A DNA stretch of 64,000 nucleotides. Origin: Pelagomonas calceolata (Eukaryota). Below the pieces are notes generated by a model, which was not told the origin of the DNA, did not search any database, and saw nothing but the letters and a program-made list of their open reading frames with translations. The stretch covers positions 2,728,001 to 2,792,000 of the forward strand of contig CAKKNE010000006.1 in NCBI GenBank assembly GCA_918797485.1. Direction: 5' to 3'. The position numbers were made by a program, and so were the translations under genes. This document shows positions 53,566 to 63,213 of the stretch, one piece after another (within the stretch, counting starts at the first letter, position 1; each line of letters begins with the position of its first letter).

Positions 53566-54795
53566 TTACTGCCCCCCACCACCACCGCTCGACTCGGCCG
53601 TCCATTGGTCTTTGAGTTTTTCGGCGTCCGTTTTTGCGATTTTCTTGTCCCATTTTCCCGCCCGGTGGTCGTCCTGCCACTGCAGGTGCTGCGTGAAGTC
53701 CTCGCGGTCGTGGTTGAAGCGCACCGCCGCGTGGTGCGTCCGAATCATGGCCCGCGCGAGACCGCCGACGTGCAACTGCGACGCTCTCCTTCTGTAGGCG
53801 CACTGCACCCGGAGCGCCGCCCCCTCCTCCCGCCTGTTCTTCAGGATCGTCCTCGATATGTCTCTAAATCTATGCATGGTCTGCATGCGCCGCCACCGAC
53901 TCTGCACAATCAACGCGGCGGCTTCCTCCTTGCGCCCCTGGTGCCAGCCCCGCATCAGATGCTTCTTCCACTCCTTCTGGATGACGACGGCCTGCTCCTC
54001 CTGCGTGTAGGATTGTATGGTGCCGATGACGCCCAATGCCCTAAGCTTCGCCTGCCTCACGCGAGCTCGCTCCTGGATGACCCTCGCGGCTTCGACCCGT
54101 CGCGCCTCCTTCTCCTCGGCGAGCTTCTGCTTGTATTTCGTCATCTTCGCGTTATCCAACGAGACGTTCACCACCGGTGCGAGACCCGCCTTCTCCGCTA
54201 ACTGTACGAGTTCCGCCCGGATCTCGTCATCAAGCTTGAGCTTTTCTGCCCTCAACCTCGCGCGCCGCTCCTCGTCGGACTCCGGCCTCTGCCCACCTCT
54301 TTTGGGCCGTTCGATTTCTTCATCCGCGATCCTTCGCACCGACGCCCCGCGCCAGGCCGCCTGCAGTGCCGTAGCTCCCGAAAACTCCCTTTCTGCTTTG
54401 GCATCGCGCTCCTCGACCAAGCGTTGCATGAACAGCCGCCTTTCTTCATGCATCGCCTCGTTCATCTTCTTGCGCGCGATCTCGTCCATGAGTCGCTGCG
54501 TCGGCGTCGCCGTGCCCGGGTTCCGCTGGACCGAAGCGGCCGACGCGTTCGACGCGTAGGGCAAGCGGCACCGCGCTTTGGACTTGCTTTGTTGCCGTTC
54601 TTTTTCACCGGGGGCCACATACCGCCTCACCGTATTCGACGTGCACATCACATCTACATGTGTTGTGCGACTGGACGTGACCCAGAGGGGCTCCGCAATG
54701 ACCATCCTCCGTTGGGCCTCCATGCGGTTGACGTCCCAGGCGACCTTGTGTCGCGCCGGCGCGGCGCCCTCCGTGCGCTGGGAGGCGTCGGCCAT
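53566..54795 (-). CDS. IQ-motif coiled-coil protein
   Basis: LQAAWRG, IQERAR, IQKEWK, VQSRWR, VQCAYR. Confidence 0.75.
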   Translation of the reverse strand: MADASQRTEGAAPARHKVAWDVNRMEAQRRMVIAEPLWVTSSRTTHVDVMCTSNTVRRYVAPGEKERQQSKSKARCRLPYASNASAASVQRNPGTATPTQRLMDEIARKKMNEAMHEERRLFMQRLVEERDAKAEREFSGATALQAAWRGASVRRIADEEIERPKRGGQRPESDEERRARLRAEKLKLDDEIRAELVQLAEKAGLAPVVNVSLDNAKMTKYKQKLAEEKEARRVEAARVIQERARVRQAKLRALGVIGTIQSYTQEEQAVVIQKEWKKHLMRGWHQGRKEEAAALIVQSRWRRMQTMHRFRDISRTILKNRREEGAALRVQCAYRRRASQLHVGGLARAMIRTHHAAVRFNHDREDFTQHLQWQDDHRAGKWDKKIAKTDAEKLKDQWTAESSGGGGGQ

Positions 54796-55271
54796 GGCTG
54801 CCTCCGGGATGGTGTGGGCGCTGCGGCTCCACCACGAAGGCGTGGCCGGTGTCCTCGCTTTACTGAGGCTGCCCGACGGCGTGCGGGCGAGCCGTATGCG
54901 TGCTCCGGGCGACGGTCGCGCCGGCAGCGGGCAGCTCCTCGACGCGCTGCGGCTTGGCAGAGGGCTTTCAAAGCTACTAGGTTCGCGACGTGTCGAGGGA
55001 GGGAATCTTGCTGCGGAGAGGTCTTTGGAACTGTATGGGACCGTGAGGGCGCTTCCAAATGCTCACGGGTTTTGTGCGCCGCTCGGGGACCCAAATCACC
55101 GGCGGCGCGCGCGAGTTTGATCAATTTCTCGCGCGGGTTAGAACCAACATTCTTACCTTGCCGCCACGCGCCGAAAAAAATAGGCGTTCAGCGCACTCTC
55201 ATTAACAGAGAGCCAAATTCCCAGACTGGGCTTTATTTTCCGTACGCGCCGCGCGAGGGACTCGGCGCGCC

Positions 55272-56756
55272 ATGAAGCGCTCCATCAGCCAGGAATCGAT
55301 CGTGACGCAGCGCCCGGCGTTCCTGCGGACTCTGAGCATCGAGCCGGACTCGCCGGCGACGCCGGGCCTGAACTACGATGATGATCCGGCGGGCAAGAGT
55401 CCGCGCGACCGCCGGCCGATCTTCTGGGGCCGGCGGCTGAGCCCGAAGGGGCCCCCGGGGTCGCCAAAATTCGCGGCGCCGCCCCGGGGCCGCCCGCCGT
55501 GGGCGTACGTTTTGACCACCGCGCTCGTCGCCGGACTTTTGTTAATAGTGCACGTCGGCGTCAGCGGCGAGCTCTCCTCCACGAAGGCCGAGGTCGCGCG
55601 GCTGACCGAGGCGCTCCGGCACCACGAGGAGCCGTCCCCGGCGCTCCGCGGCAGCGCGCCATCGCCAACGGCGCGCCGCCACCTCGTCATGGCCTGCGCC
55701 GTCGATGCGACGCACCTCGACTTCCAGAGGTTCGTCTACTCGCTGCGGCTCGAGGCGAATTATAAGGGCGACGCCGCCCTCTTCGTCCGGGAGGACACGC
55801 TGCCGTGGCTGCGGGAGGCCGTCGACGTCGTCACCGTCGAGCATACAATGCCCTGCCCGAGCGACCCGAAGCGGACGTGCGTTGCGGACGCGGCCTGGGG
55901 CCCCGTGCCCGTGTCCCTCGCGCGGTTCCGCTACTTCCGGGACTACCTCGAACGGCACGAGCCCTACGACGCCGTGCTCTGGACGTCCTTTGCAGATACG
56001 TTCTTCCAGCGCGACCCCTTCTCGCCGCCGCCGTTCTCCGAGTTAATTGAAGAGAAGAAGCTCGTGATGTTTGGGGAGCACCCGGCGCGGCCGTTGCTGC
56101 GCCAAGTCTACACCATGAATGCGATCCACGAGTGTTATGGATTGGGCAAATTGGAAGAGTTCGTCAATGATGAGACGCCAGCGCTCACGGCGGAGGCTCT
56201 GCTCGGCGCGGGCAGCGCGGTCAAGAGCTACCTCGGGCTGTTGTTGTTCCACGTCGAGGCCTGTGTGGAAATCAACCAGTGTGTCGGGTGCATCTCTCGG
56301 CGATGACGCGGCCGTGCTGGCTCCGTCGAGCGGTGAGGAACCGGCATCGCCACGCCATCGAGCAGGCGTCGCGTCGATGGCGTGGCGGTCGACGCGACGA
56401 TTCGAACGCGCCGTAAAATTTTGATTTCCACACAGGTCGAGGCCTACTTCCCGAAGTCCAAGACCTGCGCGACGTCGCTCAGCGCGGACCAGGGCCACCA
56501 CAACGTCGTCGCGTTCTCGAAATTGCCTCGGGACCTCTTTCGCATCGCGGCCTACAACACGGGCCAGGTTTTTGTCGCCGGCCAAACGAGACTCGCCAAG
56601 GAGAAGATCAAAACGGAGGACGGGTACGTACTAGATGCGGAAGGCAAGCGCGTGCCCGTGGTCCTCCAGTACTCGTCGTTCGACTTCCTGAATGACAAGG
56701 CGAAGGCCATCGTCGAGACCCACGCGAAGGAGGCTATCAAAAGGTGGAACGTGTAA
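55272..56756 (+). CDS. Type II membrane glycosyltransferase-like protein; exons 55272..56252, 56436..56756 (433 aa)
   Basis: TM anchor; RFRYFRDYL, DTFFQRDPF, DQGHHN; splicing gives LLFH|VEAYFPK. Confidence 0.7.
56253..56443 (+). mobile_element. Introner element 56261..56435 with perfect 8-bp TSD; intron 56253..56435
   Basis: TSD GTCGAGGC at 56253-56260 and 56436-56443; perfect 15-bp TIR CTGTGTGGAAATCAA / TTGATTTCCACACAG. Confidence 0.95.
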
Positions 56757-56789
56757 GTAAACCTACTCTGTGTACACACATCACATTTT

Positions 56790-57935
56790 TTATTGTCGGT
56801 ACGAGCTCGAGAAGCGCGAGTCCAACCCCTTGGCCTTCTCGATGACGGCGCGCGCGGCCTTGGCGTCCATGCGCTGCGGCGCGTCCATGGCGTCGCGCGT
56901 CCACTTCGCCGGCTTTTGGGCGGGCGCCGTAGACTTCTTGGCCTGGAACGTCTCGACGAGCGCCGGGCCGCGCGCCGCTCGGGCCGCCCTTCTACGTTCT
57001 TCGTCGGCGGCGACCTCGGCCGCCGTCGGCTGGGGCAGGGCGCCGCGCCCGGACCCCAGCCGACTCTTCGCCGCCGGTAAACCGTCCTTCGTCAGCGCCG
57101 TGAGTTCGCCGGCCGTCGGCGGCGTGAGCATCCAGCCCTCGCGCTTCCCGTCGCAGTCGCCCTTCGTGCCGTCGGCCGCGCGCGTCCAGCCGCCGTGCTT
57201 GTCCTCTTCTATTTTAACGCGCTTCGTCGGCCGCCGCGGCGCGCGCGCCGCCTCGCCCGGCGCCGCGGGCGCGGGGCCGTCGTCGTCCGACGACGACGAC
57301 GACTCGGGCGGCGGCCGCGCGGGGCCGCGCGGCGCGCGCGGCGCCGGCGGCCCGGCGGGCCCGCGCGGCGCGCGCGCGGCCTCCGCTGGCGCGGCGGGGC
57401 CCCGCGGCGCGCGCGCGGCCTCCGCCGGAGTGGCGGCCTCCGCTGCGACAGGTGGGGCGGCGACCGCAGCCGGCCGCATCGATGCGGCCAGCGCGGCGCA
57501 GGCCCGCCGCGAGCAGGCGTCGTCGGCGGCGAAGCCCGGCGCGCCCGAGAGCTCGTCGCGCGGCGCCGGGCGCAGGCCCAGGCCCCGCAGCACGTGCTCG
57601 AGGGCTTCCCTCGCATCTTCGTCCTGGATCTTCTCGATGCAACAGCTCTCGCCTTCTGATAAGCGCACGAGCGCGCGGCTCACCTCGCTCCGGAACCGCC
57701 CGTCGAAGCACCCGGCGGCGGTCTCGGCGCGGTCCGCGGCGACGGCGCGGCGCGCGGCCGTCGTCGCCGCCAGGGCCTTGGCCAAGGCGTCCTGCTTGCC
57801 CAGCGCTTCGACGAGTGCCGCGGCGGCCGCGTCGGGCTCCGTCGTGCTGCTGGAGGTGAGCAGCCGCAGGAGTGCTTCAGGGGTGTTACTGATCAAGGCT
57901 TGCACTAATGCTGCTTCAGTGGTCGATTCGGCCAT
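56790..57935 (-). CDS. GPALPP1/DUF3752-like protein
   Basis: PRGPAxP repeats, REGWMLTPP, C-terminal LDSRFSS. Confidence 0.6.
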   Translation of the reverse strand: MAESTTEAALVQALISNTPEALLRLLTSSSTTEPDAAAAALVEALGKQDALAKALAATTAARRAVAADRAETAAGCFDGRFRSEVSRALVRLSEGESCCIEKIQDEDAREALEHVLRGLGLRPAPRDELSGAPGFAADDACSRRACAALAASMRPAAVAAPPVAAEAATPAEAARAPRGPAAPAEAARAPRGPAGPPAPRAPRGPARPPPESSSSSDDDGPAPAAPGEAARAPRRPTKRVKIEEDKHGGWTRAADGTKGDCDGKREGWMLTPPTAGELTALTKDGLPAAKSRLGSGRGALPQPTAAEVAADEERRRAARAARGPALVETFQAKKSTAPAQKPAKWTRDAMDAPQRMDAKAARAVIEKAKGLDSRFSSSYRQ

Positions 57936-58411
57936 GCCTGCTGCTGCTATATCGAGCGATGCGCGCAAGCGGGCGCCGATGCTATGCCTCCAGGCTAGTG
58001 TCTTTCAGGCGCTAGCTCCCAGCCGGGAGGCCTCCCCGCGGGCGCCGAACGGCTCCGACGCACCCCTCCTCGGCGGGGCGACTCTGCCGAAGCGTCCGCG
58101 CGCGAGGGCACGAGGCTAGTGGGCCCAGCGCTCACTCGCTCCAAGGGAGAGCTTGCGCTGTGTACGACGAGGCTTGGTGCGCCCCAAACTTGGAGCGCCC
58201 GGCAGGCTGCGAACGCGCCCTCCCGCCTCCCTCCCACTCGATCGGGGCAGCCCCGCGGCCGCGCGGCCTGGCCCTCCCGGCCGAAGTTTTGTGCAGCGCC
58301 TCCCGGCCGAAAGACGCAACGCGCCCTTCCTAGGCCCCTCCCGACGACCCGGGGCCCTGCGTCGGGCCCAAACGACCCGCCCCCCCGTGCCACGGGGCCG
58401 GAGCCGGCGCC

Positions 58412-59527
58412 ATGAACCCCATGGACGGTTTGGATGAGCCCCTGCTCGACGACGACGACACGAAGCGCCGGCGCTGGACGAAGCGCGAGGACGAGAAGCT
58501 CCGGGCCGGCGTGCGCGCTCTGGGCACGGACGACTGGGCGCGCGTGTGCTCGCGCTACCTCAGCGGCCACGGCCGCGCGCCGGACCAGTGCCGGCACCGC
58601 TGGGAGCATGTGTTGAGAGAGGGTTTGGTGAAGGGCGCCTTCACGCCCGACGAGGACGCGATCATCCTCGAGATGCTGTCCAACGGCCAGCGGCCCTCGT
58701 GGATGGACGTCGCCGCGCGCATTCCCGGCCGCATCGGCAAGCAATGTAGGGAGCGCTGGACGAACCACCTCGACCCGAACCTCAAGAAGGGCGGCTGGAC
58801 GCCCGAGGAGGACGCCGTCATGGCGGCGGCCCAAGCGCGCTGGGGCAACGCCTGGACGAAGATCGCCGAGCTGCTTCCCGGTAGAGCGGAAAATGCGGTG
58901 AAAAATAGGTGGAACTCCGCCTTCCGCCGGAACAACGCGCACGCCTTCGGCCGGGCCACGGACGACCGCGTCGCGCGCGCGCTCCAGGAGGCGCGGCGCG
59001 GCATGGAAATTATTGATCGGGCGGGCTCGTTGCACGCCGACGGCGGGCGCCACTCGCCCGCCAATATGAACGCGCCGCCGCGGCGCCGGGCGCATCGCCG
59101 CGCGCGGTCGCCCGCGCAGCTGCCAGCGCCGCGCCGTTCGACGCCGTCACCCTTAAATACGGGCGCGCCGCCGGAGGGTTTAGATTTGGTGGTCCTGGCC
59201 ATCGAGTCGTCGCGCGGCCTGCCGGCCATCGACGACGGGTCCTCGTCGCCGCTGCCCGAATCGCCGCGCAAGAAGCGCAAGGAGCCGGAGCAGGCGTCGT
59301 CGCTGCCGGCCGCCGCCGACGTCACTTCCAGCGTGGAGACGCTGCGCGAGCGCTCGCCGTCCGACGACCAGAAGCCTCCGGGCGAGGAGGCGTCGGTGAT
59401 CACGCCGCCACCGCAAGCCGCGAAAACGGCGTGGCCCGAGGAGTCGAAGGCGGCGGTGCAGAAAACCCTAAACCCGTCGCCGGACAACTCCGTCGACGGG
59501 GCCGGTCAGCCGGTGTCGCCGGTCTGA
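58412..59527 (+). CDS. R1R2R3-MYB transcription factor
   Basis: WTKREDEKL..QCRHRW; KGAFTPDED..GRIGKQCRERWTNHLDP; KKGGWTPEED..GRAENAVKNRWNS. Confidence 0.92.
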   Translation: MNPMDGLDEPLLDDDDTKRRRWTKREDEKLRAGVRALGTDDWARVCSRYLSGHGRAPDQCRHRWEHVLREGLVKGAFTPDEDAIILEMLSNGQRPSWMDVAARIPGRIGKQCRERWTNHLDPNLKKGGWTPEEDAVMAAAQARWGNAWTKIAELLPGRAENAVKNRWNSAFRRNNAHAFGRATDDRVARALQEARRGMEIIDRAGSLHADGGRHSPANMNAPPRRRAHRRARSPAQLPAPRRSTPSPLNTGAPPEGLDLVVLAIESSRGLPAIDDGSSSPLPESPRKKRKEPEQASSLPAAADVTSSVETLRERSPSDDQKPPGEEASVITPPPQAAKTAWPEESKAAVQKTLNPSPDNSVDGAGQPVSPV

Positions 59528-59684
59528 CCCCCCCATCACCTTACCCGATGTCCCCCTTATCGCGCGCGGCCTAAACATGTCGACGACTTATACATGAGCT
59601 TACGTTCTTCTTTGGGGACATGTAGGGGAGAGAGGAGGTGCGTTCTTTTTTGGGACAGGGTAGAGGGAAGGGAGAGATGCGCGT

Positions 59685-62268
59685 TCACGCGCTGGCCGCG
59701 ACGAGCGGCGCCTCGACGGCTATCGTGGGGACGGTCCGCGACGCCATCGGCCCGACGACGCGGTCGGGGTCGATCGCCGAGACGTAGCGATTTCCGGCAG
59801 CGCGCACGTAGGCGCCGTCCAGCAGGTCGACCCGTCCCTCGGAGAACCCGTAACAGTCCTTGAGCGCATCAACGACGCGCTCGGTCCCATAGAACGGGTG
59901 CGCCGCGACCGAGTCATCAGTGATGCCGTGGCCGAGGCCGATAACTGCCGTCCCGCCGACCGAGAGGTAGCCGGTCGCTCGGCCCTCGAACAGGAAGCTG
60001 TAAACGTAGGCCACGTCGCGATCGACGACTGGCATCGTGACTTCGGCGGGGAAGCTCCACCGATCGCCGCCTGGCGCCATGCACGGGTGCCACGCCGTCG
60101 CGCGGACGTCGCCGACGGCGTAGAGGGTTGGATCTAGCATGCGCGTCCGGACCACGCACCGGACGACCGCCGGTCCATTTGTCAGCGCGTCCACGAGCAC
60201 ATCGCCCTTGACGACGTCGGAAACGCGCTTCCTCGTACCGTCGAACAGCCGGGCCAACGAGTCGCCAGCGACACAGCCGTTGCCGCGGTAGTGGTAGGCG
60301 CGCGCCATCGCCGCGCCCGACGCGACGCCGCAACCTTCCCTCGACGGCTTCGGCGGCGGTAACTTTGAGAAGGCGGCATCCGCATCTGCCAGGAGATCCT
60401 TCGCGACCGAGCCGAAGTAGTGCTGCACGCTCTGGTCCTTAAAGTTGTGGCACGTCCCGCGTCGGTGCGCGGACGCAAGAGACCGGCAGTAGTACCGGCC
60501 CCACCGCTTCCACTCGCGCTGGGACGACGTGGCTATCTTGACTTGGCCTTCGAGATCCATGATGCCTCCCGCGATACGATTCGCCGCCACATCGGTACCG
60601 ACCAAACCAGCCAGTTCGTAGACCTCGCTCGTTGGAGCCCCCTTCGGCAGCGACAACGCCAGCGCGATGCGGCGCTCGGAGCGAGGCGGCGCCCGTCTTA
60701 AGGCCGCCTCCCAGCCGTCCCGCCACGCATCCGCGCGGGCCATCTCCCGCAGCGCATCACTCGCGCCGGCGCCGCTCGCCTTCGCCACCGCGACCGCCGC
60801 GCTCGCGTCCGCCGCGGCGAGCTCGTTCCCCAACCCGAAGAGGGGCCCGGCGAGCATTTCTCGCGCCTCGACTGCGAGCTCGGCACATACGCGGCGCGTC
60901 GACGCCCAGGCGTCCGTCACTTCGCTCCGGATGAGCGTTGCGCTTACGTTCTGCTCCCTGTCTCCATCATCGTAGTCGACGTCGTAGCCCGTCGCCGTCG
61001 CCCTGGAGATGGTCCCCGCGTACCACGTCTGGCGGCCCTGGAACTGGGCCTCTATTCGGTCGCCCGGCTGGAAGCTCACCATCTCAGCTGGAGGCGGCGA
61101 GATGCGAAGTGCGTCGATGAGCTGCATGCGGAAGCGCTCGGCCGCCGCGAAGCGCCGGTCGGCGACGGTCGCCACGTGGACGACGCCGGTCGCGCGGGCT
61201 AGGTTTTGCCCTTGGCGGTCCGTCAGGAGAAGCTTCTCGGGGTTCGCCAAGAGCGCGTGTTTCGTCTCGCCGCGGCGGAGGTCGCCCAGCGGCAGATCAT
61301 TTAAAAGTGCGTCCGACGCGGCTGACGCCCGGAGCGACGCCGACAGGTTCGTGAAGGTCGTGCCGACCATGCCCGCGTCGGGCACGAAGGCGAAGATGCC
61401 GCCCGCCTCGCTCGCGAGGCCGTCGAGGACCTCGTCGTCCAACGAGTAGCCGAAGCCGAACGTGTGGACCGTGATGTCGCTGACGTCCTTCTCTAGTCGC
61501 TTCATCTTGCGCAGCGCCTCGACCTCGCCGCCCTCGGGTCTCGTATTCGGGAGGCCGTCCGTCAGCAACACGACGGCCCTGGGCAGCGACGACCCCTGCT
61601 TGTTGAGCTCGCCCAATGCTTTTTCGAGGCCGCCCCACAAATTCGTGCACCCCCGGGGGGCGAGGTCGTCGAGGACCGTGTGGAGCTGTTTGACCTGCGC
61701 GGGCGGCGGTGAGGCGCGCGCCGTCGAGCCGAAGCGGCGCGCTTACAGGCTGCACTATTTTCTTCAGGAAAGAAATAAGTTGTGGGTTTGCTGTGAGCAG
61801 CCTTGCGCGCCGCGATTGAAGTTTCGGACGCCGGAACGCTACGTGGTCCTCGTCGACGCTCGCCGACGGCAAGACCAGCTCCGCGATATTGTCGAAGGTG
61901 ATCAGACCCAGTCTCGAGTCGGCGTCGAGCGTCGCTGCCAGCGCCCGCGTCGCGTGCTTGCAGACGTCCAAAATCGAGAAGCCGTGCTTCTGCGCTTGGC
62001 CGGACGCGTCTTGTACCTTACATTCGGTCGACATCGAGCCAGAAATGTCCAAGACGACCATGAGCTCGATTGCGGTCTTCGTGGCCGGCGCGTCGCATTT
62101 GATTTCGACGAGGGCGGCGTCTTCGATGCCCTCGACGACGCGCAGGGCGAAGCTGTCTTTCGGGGGGGTGGGCAGCTTGTTTTGTAGTAGCGCGGGCGAG
62201 TTCGGCGGCGCCGGTGGGCCGGGCAGCGCGAAGGCCTTGCGGGGCAGTCGTGGCGATTTATTTGTCAT
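59685..62268 (-). CDS. VWA - Tudor-like - Vwaint - Hint (Vint) protein; exons 62268..61843, 61694..59685 (811 aa)
   Basis: MIDAS LDISGSM, LLTDG; Vwaint WGRYY.RSL..AH....C.NFKD; Hint G|CVAGDS..., TAWHP; Vint tail GLGHG....HPFYGT; intron 61695..61842 GTAGCG..GCAG. Confidence 0.85.
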
Positions 62269-62582
62269 GTTTTTTTAGTTCTATGTGCGTAAATGTGCGT
62301 GTTTGCTCTGTCCTATGCTCTGTCTGAGATTTTGGAGACTTCCTGGCGGGTTTGGCAAAATTCTTCAAGGGCAGCCTTCGTGGGACGCGGTTGCGGCGTC
62401 GCGGCGAGTCCTCGGGACGGGTTGTTGCGGAGGATGTGGCTTTCCTACGGCTGTCGGGTGCTTGCTAGTGTCTTACAGCTAGCCCCACTCTGCCTGGACA
62501 GCAACAGCAAAGCGCCTTCCTTAGGCCCCCAGACCACCTGCTGACACGCGTGGACTTTCGAAAACATCTGTCGTGTCGAGGG

Positions 62583-63182
62583 ATGTTCGCCCGAACCGCG
62601 GCTCTCGCCGTCCGGCGCTCAGCGCCACCGATGAGACGACTGGCCCCTGCGGCGCTGGTCAACGCGGCGCCGGGCGGCGCGGCGCCGTTCAGCACGAGGT
62701 CAGCCCTCCCGACGCCCGTCACTGCGGCGCTGGGCTCGCCCGGCGCCCGCGCGCCCTTCAGCGCGCGACTCGCCGAGCGCGCGTTCAGCACGCGACCAGC
62801 AACCGCCGCTACAGCGCCGCCAACATCAAAAAAGAAGCGCGGCCGCGCGCTCCCGGCACCGTTAACCATCACGCCGGCCGCCGCGGAGCGAATAAACGAT
62901 TTGTGCGCCTCGAAGCCCGAGGTCCTCGGCGTGCTGCTGGGCGTGAAAAGGCGGGGCTGCAACGGCATGTCCTACACGCTCAACTACGCCGAGGAGCCGC
63001 CGCCGAGCGACCACGAAAAAGTTGAAGCCGACGGCGCGACGGTCTGGGTCGAGCCGCCGGCCCTGTTCCACATCGTGGGCACGGTCATGGACTTCGAGGA
63101 GTCGGCCTTGGAGACGGGCTTCACGTTCACGAACCCCAATGAAAAAGGTAGATGCGGCTGCGGCGAGTCGTTCAACGTGTAG
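62583..63182 (+). CDS. ISCA1: Iron-sulfur cluster assembly protein IscA1, mitochondrial
   Basis: Arg/Ser-rich presequence; GVKRRGCNGMSY; FTNPNEKGRCGCGESFNV. Confidence 0.95.
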   Translation: MFARTAALAVRRSAPPMRRLAPAALVNAAPGGAAPFSTRSALPTPVTAALGSPGARAPFSARLAERAFSTRPATAATAPPTSKKKRGRALPAPLTITPAAAERINDLCASKPEVLGVLLGVKRRGCNGMSYTLNYAEEPPPSDHEKVEADGATVWVEPPALFHIVGTVMDFEESALETGFTFTNPNEKGRCGCGESFNV

Positions 63183-63213
63183 ATATTGCTAGTGTAAGGA
63201 TTTGTGTGATTGC

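Noticed and set aside
56770..58119. 449-aa + ORF, and similarly 57995..59095 and 58555..59487 on -
   Set aside because: Shadows of the DUF3752-like and MYB genes; low-complexity composition.
59685..60275. Hint domain as a mobile intein
   Set aside because: It is C-terminal, with no C-extein or HN-C/S/T junction and no homing endonuclease; it fits the Vint class.
3217..62483. GCTAG palindromic motif as CRISPR repeats or attC/REP sites
   Set aside because: Copies are kilobases apart with no spacer array, cas gene or integrase, and the context is eukaryotic.
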